This document shows, in pieces, positions 8,106 to 16,818 of a DNA stretch of 64,000 nt. The notes below the pieces were generated by a model that had not been told where the DNA came from, did not search any database, and worked only from the letters and a program-made list of their open reading frames with translations. This DNA is from Minisyncoccota bacterium (GTDB lineage: Bacteria > Patescibacteriota > Minisyncoccia > Phycocordibacterales > JACRKE01), in assembly GCA_041660505.1 (NCBI GenBank), contig JBAZWG010000001.1, positions 243,979 through 307,978 of the forward strand, read 5' to 3'. Position 1 is the stretch's first letter. Every line of letters begins with the position of its first letter. The position numbers and the translations under genes are program-made.

Positions 8106-8843
8106 CTACTTGCGACGGAACACGAACAGGTAGTTGCCGAGCCACTCGTTCGACACCGTGTGCAGGTGCGCCTCGCGACCGCCGTCAGCGTGCTGCCATG
8201 CAAACGACAACCCACCGTCACACTCGCTCGCCGTGACGACCCCTACTGACTGATAGGGGAAGCCGAATTTGGCGAGCTGAGCAACAATGCTCGACACGCC
8301 GCCGATGATGGCGGCAGGAATGCGGCCGTGTGCGGGAACGAACTGGTCGCCCGCCCACTCGAGGGCTTTGGACGCTTTCGAGTAGATGCCCTTCCCGAAC
8401 CAGACGAGGTAGAACACCTCGATGGTCCTGCCGATCTTGGGCGAAACGTATTGCTCGCCAACGGTCAGGATCGGCCAAGTAAGGTCAGTCTGGGGACAGC
8501 AGGCAAGAATGAATTCGCGCCACGCTGTTGTCCAGTCGACGGGGAGGGTCAGGCGGAAAACCTTCCCGCCCTCGGGGGCCACAACGTCAGTCGCCTCTTC
8601 GATGACACCAAGCTTGAGGGCAATCTCGAGGCTAACCATCGTGGCCGTGCCGCGGATGACGCCGAGCAAATATTCGGCAACGTCCTTGGCCTGGGCTGCG
8701 GTCAGGGAGCAAAACTCCGCGACCGTGCCCTTGAGGGTGAAGAACGCCGTGGCGATGAGCCACAGCCCGTTTGCCATCTTGTTCCCGAGCGAGCGGTTTT
8801 CCCGCTTCGCCATTTCCGTCGCGGTCGCCACTTTCTTCTCCAT
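8106..8843 (-). CDS. DGR target (variable) protein, 245 aa, with the VR encoding the C-terminal roughly 34 residues
   Basis: Strong SD (AAGGAGG) 7 nt upstream of ATG 8843. The C-terminus ...GGLSFAWQHADGGREAHLHTVSNEWLGNYLFVFRRK is encoded by the VR. No obvious signal peptide. About 62% GC. Confidence 0.75.
   Translation of the reverse strand: MEKKVATATEMAKRENRSLGNKMANGLWLIATAFFTLKGTVAEFCSLTAAQAKDVAEYLLGVIRGTATMVSLEIALKLGVIEEATDVVAPEGGKVFRLTLPVDWTTAWREFILACCPQTDLTWPILTVGEQYVSPKIGRTIEVFYLVWFGKGIYSKASKALEWAGDQFVPAHGRIPAAIIGGVSSIVAQLAKFGFPYQSVGVVTASECDGGLSFAWQHADGGREAHLHTVSNEWLGNYLFVFRRK
8109..8211 (-). repeat. DGR variable repeat (VR) at the 3' end of the target gene
   Basis: Aligns to the TR with 90 of 103 identities. 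Every mismatch corresponds to a TR adenine on the coding strand. It is immediately followed by the target stop codon (TAG at 8106-8108). Confidence 0.85.
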
Positions 8844-9111
8844 GGCAACCTCCTTTTACAAAATCCCGATTGCGCATCGGGACGGACATGACCCGTCTGT
8901 GACAACGCGGTACGCGTTGAATGCGACAAGTCAAAAACTGCCGTATAATTTAGCATACTTTACGGCTATCTGTCAAGTAGGAAAATATGAGGTGGCGCGG
9001 TATAATACTATCGTGCTTGGAGGGCTTCGGCCCTGTCACGGCTATCCATGCTGTAGCCAGGCACACTAAAGGACATCGCTCAGGCGGTGTTTTTTAGTTT
9101 CTGGCGACCCT

Positions 9112-9597
9112 TTAATCATTTTCCGGATCACCACCATGCAAAATTCTTTTCTTTGCCTCTTTGTTAATTTTCCAAAACGGAATAATACTCCAGAAATACT
9201 TTTCTCCGCCGGCAACTTCTTTTACAATTACTTTCACGCGCACGTTATCCAGCACTGCGATGAATTCGTAAAACGAAACTTCTTTTAGCTTATGTTCCCA
9301 ACGAGTATTGGTTTTTTGCGGCTCGAAACGTTTGGTCTGAAAAATCCCCTGGACGGTTCTCGAGAGTTTCAAAACTTCCGGTGCCAAGTGCAATAATTTG
9401 AGCCGCGCGTACTGGTCGTGATGCGGACGAGCCTGTTGATCGGACTTAAACTTCAGATGTCGAATACCTTTCGCGTTGAATGAGACAGTACCGCCGAAGT
9501 ACGGACAATACACTGATTTTATTGTTTCATAAAAGGTTTCGGCCTTGTCACGATGCTGGAGAAAATCTGCTTCGTCTTTTAGATTAAATTTTCCCAT
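9112..9597 (-). CDS. hypothetical protein (161 aa)
   Basis: An uninterrupted ORF between the DGR target and obg. No recognisable motifs. It overlaps the obg stop by 14 nt. Confidence 0.4.
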   Translation of the reverse strand: MGKFNLKDEADFLQHRDKAETFYETIKSVYCPYFGGTVSFNAKGIRHLKFKSDQQARPHHDQYARLKLLHLAPEVLKLSRTVQGIFQTKRFEPQKTNTRWEHKLKEVSFYEFIAVLDNVRVKVIVKEVAGGEKYFWSIIPFWKINKEAKKRILHGGDPEND

Positions 9598-10558
9598 TGT
9601 GTTGCGAGATCTTTTCCATCAACTCCTTTGTAAACGCTTTGAGCAAGGCGTCGTCCAATATCGAGACGGTCAGGATTTGTTTATTTTTTTTCCTTAATGC
9701 CGTTTGGATTTTCTTGAGCTCTGTTGGTGTCACCATGTCGGTCTTGGTTATCAGAACGACTTCGGGTTTCTCTGTTAGAGATGCTTCGTGCTGGGCCAAT
9801 TCTTTGCGAATGACAGCGTAATCTTTTACCGGATCGGCAGAGTCGGCCGGGATGCAGTGTAAGAGTAGCTTGGTGCGCTGAATGTGACGCAGAAATTTAA
9901 TGCCGAGACCCTTGCCTTCCGAGGCGCCCTCGATGATACCCGGGATGTCGGCCATGATACTGCCGTCGGGCAAGACGCCCAAGTGCGGTTCGAGAGTCGT
10001 GAAGTTATAATTCGCTACTTTGCTTTTCGACTTCGTGATCGCGTTAAGCAAGCTCGACTTGCCGACGTTGGGGAAGCCGACTAGGCCCACGTCCGCCGTC
10101 AGCTTAAGCTCCAAATATAATTCCGCTTCATAGCCATCACGCCCTGGCTCATAACGCTTGGGTTCGCTTGAGCGCGCGTTCGAGAATTCTTTATTCCCCC
10201 GCCCGCGCAGGCCACCTTGGGCCACCAGCACTTTGTCGCCCTCGTTTGTAAGCTCGTTAATGATACCGCTCGTTTTATTATGAACAACCGTCCCGCGTGG
10301 CACTGGCAGAATGATATCTTCGCCGTCTCTGCCTTCGCGATTGCGATGACCGTTCTCACCATTCTCGGCAATAAATTCTTTCTCGTATCTGAAGCGCGAA
10401 AGGTCGAGCGTCGTACGCGAAGCTTCCAAATAAACAGAACCGCCCATCCCGCCGTTCTTGCCGGATGGCGAGTGCGAATATTTATCCTCGCCGAAGGTAA
10501 CGGCGCCTTGCCCGCCATTCCCGCCTCTGGCCTTGATGGTTACTTCGTCAACTAACAT
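9584..10558 (-). CDS. obg: GTPase Obg
   Basis: N-terminal glycine-rich Obg fold (GGNGGQG...GKNGGMGG...ENGENG...GRDGED). G domain with VGLVGFPNVGKSSLL...DIPGIIEGA. Confidence 0.9.
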   Translation of the reverse strand: MLVDEVTIKARGGNGGQGAVTFGEDKYSHSPSGKNGGMGGSVYLEASRTTLDLSRFRYEKEFIAENGENGHRNREGRDGEDIILPVPRGTVVHNKTSGIINELTNEGDKVLVAQGGLRGRGNKEFSNARSSEPKRYEPGRDGYEAELYLELKLTADVGLVGFPNVGKSSLLNAITKSKSKVANYNFTTLEPHLGVLPDGSIMADIPGIIEGASEGKGLGIKFLRHIQRTKLLLHCIPADSADPVKDYAVIRKELAQHEASLTEKPEVVLITKTDMVTPTELKKIQTALRKKNKQILTVSILDDALLKAFTKELMEKISQHNGKI

Positions 10559-10639
10559 ATATACAGCATACGGTAAATTAGTGAAAATTCAAACCCCGGC
10601 AAGTTTCCTCGCCGGGGTTTGAGAACACTCTGATTATCG

Positions 10640-11971
10640 CTACTTCCGCTTCGGGGGCCACGCGGTGGACCTCCCGATACTGTAGTAGATGAAGCCGTTG
10701 GCCGCCATTCTCTCCGGCTCGAGGATAGACCTCGCGTCGAAGATGACTGGGCTCCGCATCGCGGAGTGAATCTCCTCCCAGTCCTGAATGACGAACTCCT
10801 CCCAGTCGGTGAGAATCGCCAGATAGTCGGCACCGCGAACAGCTTCGATGGCCGTAGCGCAAGTCTTGAACCTATCGGTCTGGAATCCGGTGTAGAACCG
10901 AACTTCGGGGTCATAGGCATTGATGCACGCACCCATGCGCAGCATCTGACCGATACAGTCGATTGCCGGCGACTCCCGCGTATCGTTCGTGTCCTTCTTG
11001 AAGGCCAGACCCCATGCGGCAATCCGTTTGCCGGCGAATTCGGTCTCTTTAGCTGGGTTGTGCTCCTCCATGAGCTCGACCAGATGCTTCCTCTGTCTGT
11101 CGTTGGTCTTGATCGCCGTCTCGGCGAGGAACGACGTGAGCCCCAAGCGTCCGGCCATTGCGGCATACCCCTTGGTATCCTTCGGGAAGCAGCTGCCGCC
11201 GTAGCCGGGGCCGGGGTGAAGGAACTTGTCGCCGATGCGCGGGTCCGCCCCCATCATCTTCAAAACTTGACGGGCATCCATGCCGAGTTTCTCGCAGATC
11301 AGCGCGGCTTCGTTAGCCATACTGATCTTGACCGGCAGAAACACGTTTGCCATCTGCTTGCAGAGGATAGCCTCCTCCGGCTGGCAAACGTAGTACGGAC
11401 GACCTCCGTTGCGATGCCGCTCGTAGAGCGCGTCGAGTAATCGGAGCGCCGGTCCCTGCTCGCGGACACCCACAACGATTCTCGAAGGCATCTCGCAGTC
11501 GGCCACAGCAGTCCCTTCGGCCAGAAACTCCGGATTCGAGGCGAAGTCAACCCTGCTCAACTTCCCTCGCTTCATCTTCTCGATTTCAGCGAATCTGTCG
11601 GCGGGGATGGTGCTCTTGATTACGACCGGATACTCTCGCTTGCCGGCCGCCTTCATCACGCCCTTGACCACGGTCTGCACCATGTGCAGGTCTGTGTCTC
11701 CGTCTTCCATCGCGGGAGTCGGCACACAGACGAACGCGCCATCGGTCGACTCAACCGCCGCGCGCAAATCCGTGGTGAAGTCGAGCCTGCCGGCCGCAAG
11801 CATCCTCTTGAAGAGAGGCTCGAGACCTTTCTCGAAGAAGGGGCACTTGCCTTCGCGCAGGCCGTTCAGCTTCACTGCATCGACATCCACGAAGGTGATC
11901 TTGCAACCCTCCTTGGCGAAGATCACTCCCTGAATGAATCCGACCCAGCCTGCACCAAACATCGCCAATTT
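10640..11971 (-). CDS. ugd: UDP-glucose 6-dehydrogenase
   Basis: MKLAMFGAGWVGF NAD-binding start and the catalytic signature GGSCFPKD. About 60% GC with GC3-rich codons, unlike its neighbours. The start is set at the MKLAMFG Met, which is internal to the listed ORF. Confidence 0.85.
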   Translation of the reverse strand, partial: KLAMFGAGWVGFIQGVIFAKEGCKITFVDVDAVKLNGLREGKCPFFEKGLEPLFKRMLAAGRLDFTTDLRAAVESTDGAFVCVPTPAMEDGDTDLHMVQTVVKGVMKAAGKREYPVVIKSTIPADRFAEIEKMKRGKLSRVDFASNPEFLAEGTAVADCEMPSRIVVGVREQGPALRLLDALYERHRNGGRPYYVCQPEEAILCKQMANVFLPVKISMANEAALICEKLGMDARQVLKMMGADPRIGDKFLHPGPGYGGSCFPKDTKGYAAMAGRLGLTSFLAETAIKTNDRQRKHLVELMEEHNPAKETEFAGKRIAAWGLAFKKDTNDTRESPAIDCIGQMLRMGACINAYDPEVRFYTGFQTDRFKTCATAIEAVRGADYLAILTDWEEFVIQDWEEIHSAMRSPVIFDARSILEPERMAANGFIYYSIGRSTAWPPKRK

Positions 11972-12079
11972 CATCGCTACCTCCGGGCTAAGCCCATTAT
12001 TAACAAAAATCAAAATGCTCTCGAAGAGAGCGTATCAATGATTACAACTACAGGAATAAACCCAAAGTGTCAACCGGAT

Positions 12080-12994
12080 TTATTTCTCGGCGGCATAGTG
12101 ATAGGCCGAGGTGGCAGCGACAGCGCCGAGTGCGGCGGCGGTGATGTCTTGCTTAAAATGGCCAAAGAGGTTAACGGTGTCGCCGGCGGCGAAGAAGCCT
12201 GGGATGTTCGTTGTCATGAGCGCGTCAGATACGACGTATCCGGTAGAGTCCAACTCTACCCCAAGTGACACGGCTAATGCCGAGTTCGGCCGTGCGCCGA
12301 TCTCGATGAATAGACCGTCAAGCACGAACTCGTTACTGCCGTTGTACGGTTTGCTCAAAATTATTTTTTCTAAATGATCTTTGCCGACAATTTCTTTAAC
12401 CTCCGTACTATACAAAATTTCTATATTCGGTCTGGCTTTTACCTGCTCGACAGTTGCCGGTTCCGCACGAACCTTATCACTGCGTACAAGTATTACTATC
12501 TTCTTGCAATATTCCGCGGCAAGCAGGGCGCCTTTGAAGGCCGCGTCCCCCGCGCCCACAACCGCCACCACTTTATCGCCATAAAGTGGTGCATCGCAAG
12601 TGAAGCAATAGTGCACGCCTTTATTGGTAAGCTCCGTCTCGTTCGGTAAATTTAGATGTCCGCGCTCGGTACCAACGGCGAAGATAATTGTTTTCGTTGC
12701 GAACGTCTTCTCGCCCACTGCGACTTCAAAACTGTTGTCTTGTTTCAAAATTTTCGTGGCTTTCCCTGAAATTATCTCCACTCCGCCATCCTTAGCCTGC
12801 TTCTCCATCACCTTCATCAGCTCATAACCGTCGATACCAATAACTCCAGGATAATTCCAAATTACGCCCGCGCGCGCTGTCTCGCCGCCAAAGTCGCCCT
12901 TTACGATTAGAGTCTTCAGTTTATATCGTACTGCGTAGAGCCCGGCCGAGAGGCCCGCTGCTCCGGAACCAATAATAATAGTGTCGTAAATCAT
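12080..12994 (-). CDS. trxB: thioredoxin-disulfide reductase-like flavoprotein
   Basis: FAD-binding start MIYDTIIIGSGAAGLSAG, redox CxxC (HYCFTCDAPLY), and a second NAD(P)-binding motif VVAVVGAGDAA. Confidence 0.75.
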   Translation of the reverse strand: MIYDTIIIGSGAAGLSAGLYAVRYKLKTLIVKGDFGGETARAGVIWNYPGVIGIDGYELMKVMEKQAKDGGVEIISGKATKILKQDNSFEVAVGEKTFATKTIIFAVGTERGHLNLPNETELTNKGVHYCFTCDAPLYGDKVVAVVGAGDAAFKGALLAAEYCKKIVILVRSDKVRAEPATVEQVKARPNIEILYSTEVKEIVGKDHLEKIILSKPYNGSNEFVLDGLFIEIGARPNSALAVSLGVELDSTGYVVSDALMTTNIPGFFAAGDTVNLFGHFKQDITAAALGAVAATSAYHYAAEK

Positions 12995-13039
12995 AGTAAT
13001 TAGGAGGTTAAACCTTGGGCATCCAGAAGGTTTAACCTT

Positions 13040-13300
13040 CTAATTAATTCCCAACAATCCTTTTATCTTTTCTTCGTCAAAGCCGATGGTAATCGTACCA
13101 TCAATATCAATGACCGGCACTCCCGATTGCCCGCCGACTTTAGTCATCATCTCTTGCCGCGCCGCCATATCAGCTTGCACGTTCTTGTCGGTGAAAGGAA
13201 TATTGTGCTCGGTAAACATATCCTTAGCCATGTGGCAGTACCCGCAAGTCGGTGTCGAATAAATTATGACTTTATGTGATGTTGTACTCATGCGACTCAT
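13040..13300 (-). CDS. glutaredoxin-like / NrdH-like small thiol-disulfide protein
   Basis: 86 aa, thioredoxin-fold CGYC motif near the N-terminus (VIIYSTPTCGYCHMAK), and a VPVIDIDG motif. Confidence 0.65.
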   Translation of the reverse strand: MSRMSTTSHKVIIYSTPTCGYCHMAKDMFTEHNIPFTDKNVQADMAARQEMMTKVGGQSGVPVIDIDGTITIGFDEEKIKGLLGIN

Positions 13301-13314
13301 ATTAAATTATAAAT

Positions 13315-15402
13315 TTATGGATTCTTACCTGCCTTCACGTCTGCAATATATTGCTCGCCCTTCGTTTTGAAGTCTGGAATATTTTTTATCATATCTTGAA
13401 GAGTGGCGATAGCGAGATCGCGTTTGCCCGCCTTAAGATAGACGGCGAAGAGCAGGCGGCCAGGCTCCTCATTTTTAGGATAGAGCGCGTAAGAAGCTTT
13501 GAGAATTTCAATTGCCTTATCTAGCTGATTATTTTGCGCATACAGAGTGCCAAGATTATCTATCATCGCCTGCTTGCCGGAGGTGAGGCTTACCGCTTTC
13601 TCGAGTTGCGGGATAGCCAGCTCGAGGTGGCCGACTTGCGCATAGAACATTCCGAGGAATAATCGATAACGCGCATCGTTCGGTGTCGCATCAACCTGTG
13701 CCCGCATCTGCTTCAAAGCAAGTTCAAGGAATGCCTGTCGAGTCTTCTCATCAACTTGCTGATTCGCCCCGGTTTGGAGCGAGAGGGTCAGCAACTGTTC
13801 TCGTGCTTCGGTATTGGCTAAAGTGTTCAGCTCAAAAACTTTATTGAATGAAGCAATCTGCCGCTCTGCCGCCAATTCTCGCGATTCCGTACAAGCCAAC
13901 TTGCCGTCTGCTTGCGCAACTATTTTATCTTTAGCACAAGGACTGATAGCGTCAATAAGAGTCGCGCCAGCGGTGTAAGGCTTGATCGTCACAACATATA
14001 TCAACGGAAACATCGCAATAAATAAAATAGTTGCTACCACATAACGAAGAGTAAGATTTCTTTCATCAGAGCTTGCACTTCCGAGGTTCGACCTCTGGGA
14101 GTCCGAGGTCGAACCTCTGTGATGTTCCGCATCAAAAGTCGCAAGATAAGCGAGCAAAGTAAAGAAAAGTACAGAAGAAAGTAAATTATCGAATACAAAG
14201 AAGTTGTGAATGAAGTAGGCAGCAAGTAATCCGGTTAATACTGCGCGATCGGACACATCGCCTTCTTTACGCTTCCAGATCACAATAAGTGCAACAACAA
14301 ACAGCGACAAGTAAGCAAGTAAACCGAGAATCCCCGCAGCCGATAGCCAATCGAAAAATACATTATGCGCACGATCGAACCATTGCTCCTGGTCGAAGAG
14401 CGACGACTTATAATACTTGTTAAATACGAGATTAAAGTTATCGAGGCCCCATCCAAGTATCGGATGCTCCGCAACTCCTTCAACCGCCATACTCCAGATC
14501 GTGGTGCGCGACCGAACCGTTTGGTCACTAAGGGATACGCTCATGATACGACTGAGCGCATCGTTTGACTTAACGAACACGCTGTCTCTGGCTATGTACA
14601 ATCCGCCCCACACGAAAACAAGCAATACGAGGCTGCCGATTGTTGTCTTGCGCCAGGTACCGCCCTTTTGGATTGCGATAATCACCACCGAAAGAATAAT
14701 CCCGATAATCGTACCGTAGAAAGCACCTCGCGTTTGCGTGTAGAAAAGAATAATGAACTCAAACAACGCAATTATCCCGTAACACCAGCGCTGCCAGACA
14801 ACACCTTGCGCCTTAGTCCATAAGTACAGACAAATAAATATATGAATTAGCAGATAGACGGCCATGTATGCCGCGTTACCGAACGTGCCATCAACGCGCG
14901 GGCCACTCTGTGAACTGATGAGCGCAGAGTTACCGAGTTGTGCGAAGCCGTAAAAGGTCATCCCAATCGATGCGAGGAGTGTTGTGTGCAGCACAATGCT
15001 CCACTGCGTGCGACGCTTCTCTCCCTCCACCGCGCTCATGAGAGAGATGAGCATGATGAAGTAGGTGAATAGGTGCAGATAGGATACCAAACCTTCCATG
15101 CGCTCGAAATTAGACCAGAAACTGCGGAGCGGATTGACGCTAAAAATCGTCGAGAGAGATAGGATTACAATGAAAGCCAGCGTGGCAGAGAGTAACTGCG
15201 ATTTCTTCGGCCAATAATTCTTATCACGCGCAACGAGCAGTATCCACAAGGCAAAACAGATCTCTATGGCAAAACGAAAGAAAAATCCCTTGCCTGCAAT
15301 ATAAGGGAAAAATAAATTAGAAGATATGATAAATGGAGTCACCAACAGTGCGAACAAAAGCCCGCCGAAAATCGTATTGCGCAAATAGGTGTTGAGGTTC
15401 AT
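13315..15402 (-). CDS. O-antigen ligase/Wzy-like polytopic membrane protein with C-terminal TPR repeats
   Basis: About 10-12 predicted TM helices in the first 430 aa. The C-terminal 250 aa have TPR-like repeats (AIPQLEKAVSL...LYAQNNQLDKAIEILK...AVYLKAGKRDLAIATLQ). Confidence 0.55.
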   Translation of the reverse strand: MNLNTYLRNTIFGGLLFALLVTPFIISSNLFFPYIAGKGFFFRFAIEICFALWILLVARDKNYWPKKSQLLSATLAFIVILSLSTIFSVNPLRSFWSNFERMEGLVSYLHLFTYFIMLISLMSAVEGEKRRTQWSIVLHTTLLASIGMTFYGFAQLGNSALISSQSGPRVDGTFGNAAYMAVYLLIHIFICLYLWTKAQGVVWQRWCYGIIALFEFIILFYTQTRGAFYGTIIGIILSVVIIAIQKGGTWRKTTIGSLVLLVFVWGGLYIARDSVFVKSNDALSRIMSVSLSDQTVRSRTTIWSMAVEGVAEHPILGWGLDNFNLVFNKYYKSSLFDQEQWFDRAHNVFFDWLSAAGILGLLAYLSLFVVALIVIWKRKEGDVSDRAVLTGLLAAYFIHNFFVFDNLLSSVLFFTLLAYLATFDAEHHRGSTSDSQRSNLGSASSDERNLTLRYVVATILFIAMFPLIYVVTIKPYTAGATLIDAISPCAKDKIVAQADGKLACTESRELAAERQIASFNKVFELNTLANTEAREQLLTLSLQTGANQQVDEKTRQAFLELALKQMRAQVDATPNDARYRLFLGMFYAQVGHLELAIPQLEKAVSLTSGKQAMIDNLGTLYAQNNQLDKAIEILKASYALYPKNEEPGRLLFAVYLKAGKRDLAIATLQDMIKNIPDFKTKGEQYIADVKAGKNP

Positions 15403-15490
15403 GGGAAAACTATATCACACGGCTTATAAATACCAAAATACCTCTCTGTATAATTGAGATTCATCAATCTACTATGCTATAGTACCGACT

Positions 15491-15982
15491 ATGTACGAGA
15501 AGAAAATTGTCACGCTCGAAACGTTGCTCGACAGGCGGTGCTTATTACAGCAGGCACAGAAGAAGGTTGTGTTTACTAACGGCTGTTTTGATATTCTGCA
15601 TGTGGGGCATAGCCGGTATCTGCAAGCCGCACGTGACTTGGGCGACATGTTGATTGTTGGTGTCAACACCGACCAGTCTGTCCGAAAGCTCAAGGGTCCG
15701 ACGCGCCCGATAAATCTCGAGCGCGATCGAGCGGAAGTTCTGGCCTCACTCGGTTGCGTCGACTATGTTGTCCTGTTTGACGAACACACACCAGAAGCAC
15801 TGATTAGCAAGCTACAACCGGACATCCACGTTAAGGGCGGCGACTATACCGAGGAACGCCTTCCCGAAGCAAAAATTGTGCGAGAATATGGTGGTTCGGT
15901 TGTTATTATACCTCTTACCCCAGATCGATCAACGACACGAACGCTCGAGAAAATACACTCTTGCAAAAACAGGGCCAATTAG
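15491..15982 (+). CDS. hldE: D-glycero-beta-D-manno-heptose 1-phosphate adenylyltransferase (HldE domain II / RfaE2-like cytidylyltransferase fold)
   Basis: VVFTNGCFDILHVGHSRYLQAARDLGDMLIVGVNTD matches the nucleotidyltransferase (H/T)xGH signature of RfaE domain II. Confidence 0.8.
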   Translation: MYEKKIVTLETLLDRRCLLQQAQKKVVFTNGCFDILHVGHSRYLQAARDLGDMLIVGVNTDQSVRKLKGPTRPINLERDRAEVLASLGCVDYVVLFDEHTPEALISKLQPDIHVKGGDYTEERLPEAKIVREYGGSVVIIPLTPDRSTTRTLEKIHSCKNRAN

Positions 15983-16815
15983 TGTTGTTCGAGGTACTTA
16001 CGCCTCATTCTCAGCTTTCTTTGTATTGACTCAAACAGCGACTGTATAATGCTAACTCTTACGGGCACAAAGTTATTTGGTGAAGAAAATTCAATGGAGG
16101 ACGAATGGCGAGGCTTGACCATAAACAAATTGGGATAACTGGTGACCACCGCACGGCCATCAAACGACACAAACATATTCACCACAAAGTCTGGCTTAAA
16201 AATCTCTTCTAACCGAGGGGCCTCCATATGCAGTTTACCAAACTCGGTGTTTATAACAAAAAATAAATTTGTTGGCGTGATCGCGACTAACGCGTAGCCC
16301 TTCTGCTTTGCCAAGTCGCACAACGCACGGGCGGACGCTCCGAAACTTTCACCCTCTGCTTGGACTAAAGACATGGCCGCGGGCACGGTCGGATTATACT
16401 CAATAACCAATACCCGTGGCAGATACTTTTCTATAGACTGGAACAGATAATAGTCGTCGCCATCAATATCAATAGACATCAGGTCTATCTTTTTGTCTCT
16501 GATTTTTATCTCGAGAATACTATCAATAGAATCTTTACCGAACTTTCTTACAAAAGCGCAATACGGGATTACTTTCGTAAACTGCTGTACAATTTTTTCC
16601 AACCCTTTAACTTTTTTTGAGTCCCCTTCAACAAGCACGGCAGACCAACCTTCGTTGTGCCACAGGTTCCAGGTGTTGCTTAAATGCTTCCCGTCCCAGG
16701 CGCCAATCTCCACGCATAATTTATTGCCAATGCCAATACGCCGAAAAATCTCTTGAATGATTCCATCTTCCCCCCATTGCGAGGTGACTTTCTTTTTGTA
16801 TTGTTCGAGACTCAT
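15979..16815 (-). CDS. FkbM-family methyltransferase
   Basis: The motif GxWDG ... MSIDIDGDDYYLFQSIEKYLPRVLVIEYN is typical of the FkbM family. Confidence 0.55.
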   Translation of the reverse strand: MSLEQYKKKVTSQWGEDGIIQEIFRRIGIGNKLCVEIGAWDGKHLSNTWNLWHNEGWSAVLVEGDSKKVKGLEKIVQQFTKVIPYCAFVRKFGKDSIDSILEIKIRDKKIDLMSIDIDGDDYYLFQSIEKYLPRVLVIEYNPTVPAAMSLVQAEGESFGASARALCDLAKQKGYALVAITPTNLFFVINTEFGKLHMEAPRLEEIFKPDFVVNMFVSFDGRAVVTSYPNLFMVKPRHSSSIEFSSPNNFVPVRVSIIQSLFESIQRKLRMRRKYLEQH

Positions 16816-16818
16816 AGG

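Larger units (their letters stand above)
6184..8843 (-). mobile_element. diversity-generating retroelement cassette (RT, avd on the opposite strand, TR, VR-bearing target)
   Basis: All canonical DGR parts lie within about 2.7 kb. See the individual features and finding 1. Confidence 0.8.

Noticed and set aside
8218-9069. Several ORFs (8218-8478 minus, 8243-8461 minus, 8328-8891 plus, 8422-9069 plus, 8632-8934 minus) overlapping the DGR target
   Set aside because: These are artefacts of the high-GC, stop-poor composition. Each overlaps the well-supported target CDS (RBS plus VR), and none shows motifs of its own.
10552-11440. Overlapping ORFs around ugd (10552-11166 minus, 10578-10862 minus, 10766-11440 plus)
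   Set aside because: They are alternative frames of the GC-rich ugd gene. Their Arg/Ser/Pro-rich translations have no motifs, and ugd is clearly identified by GGSCFPKD.
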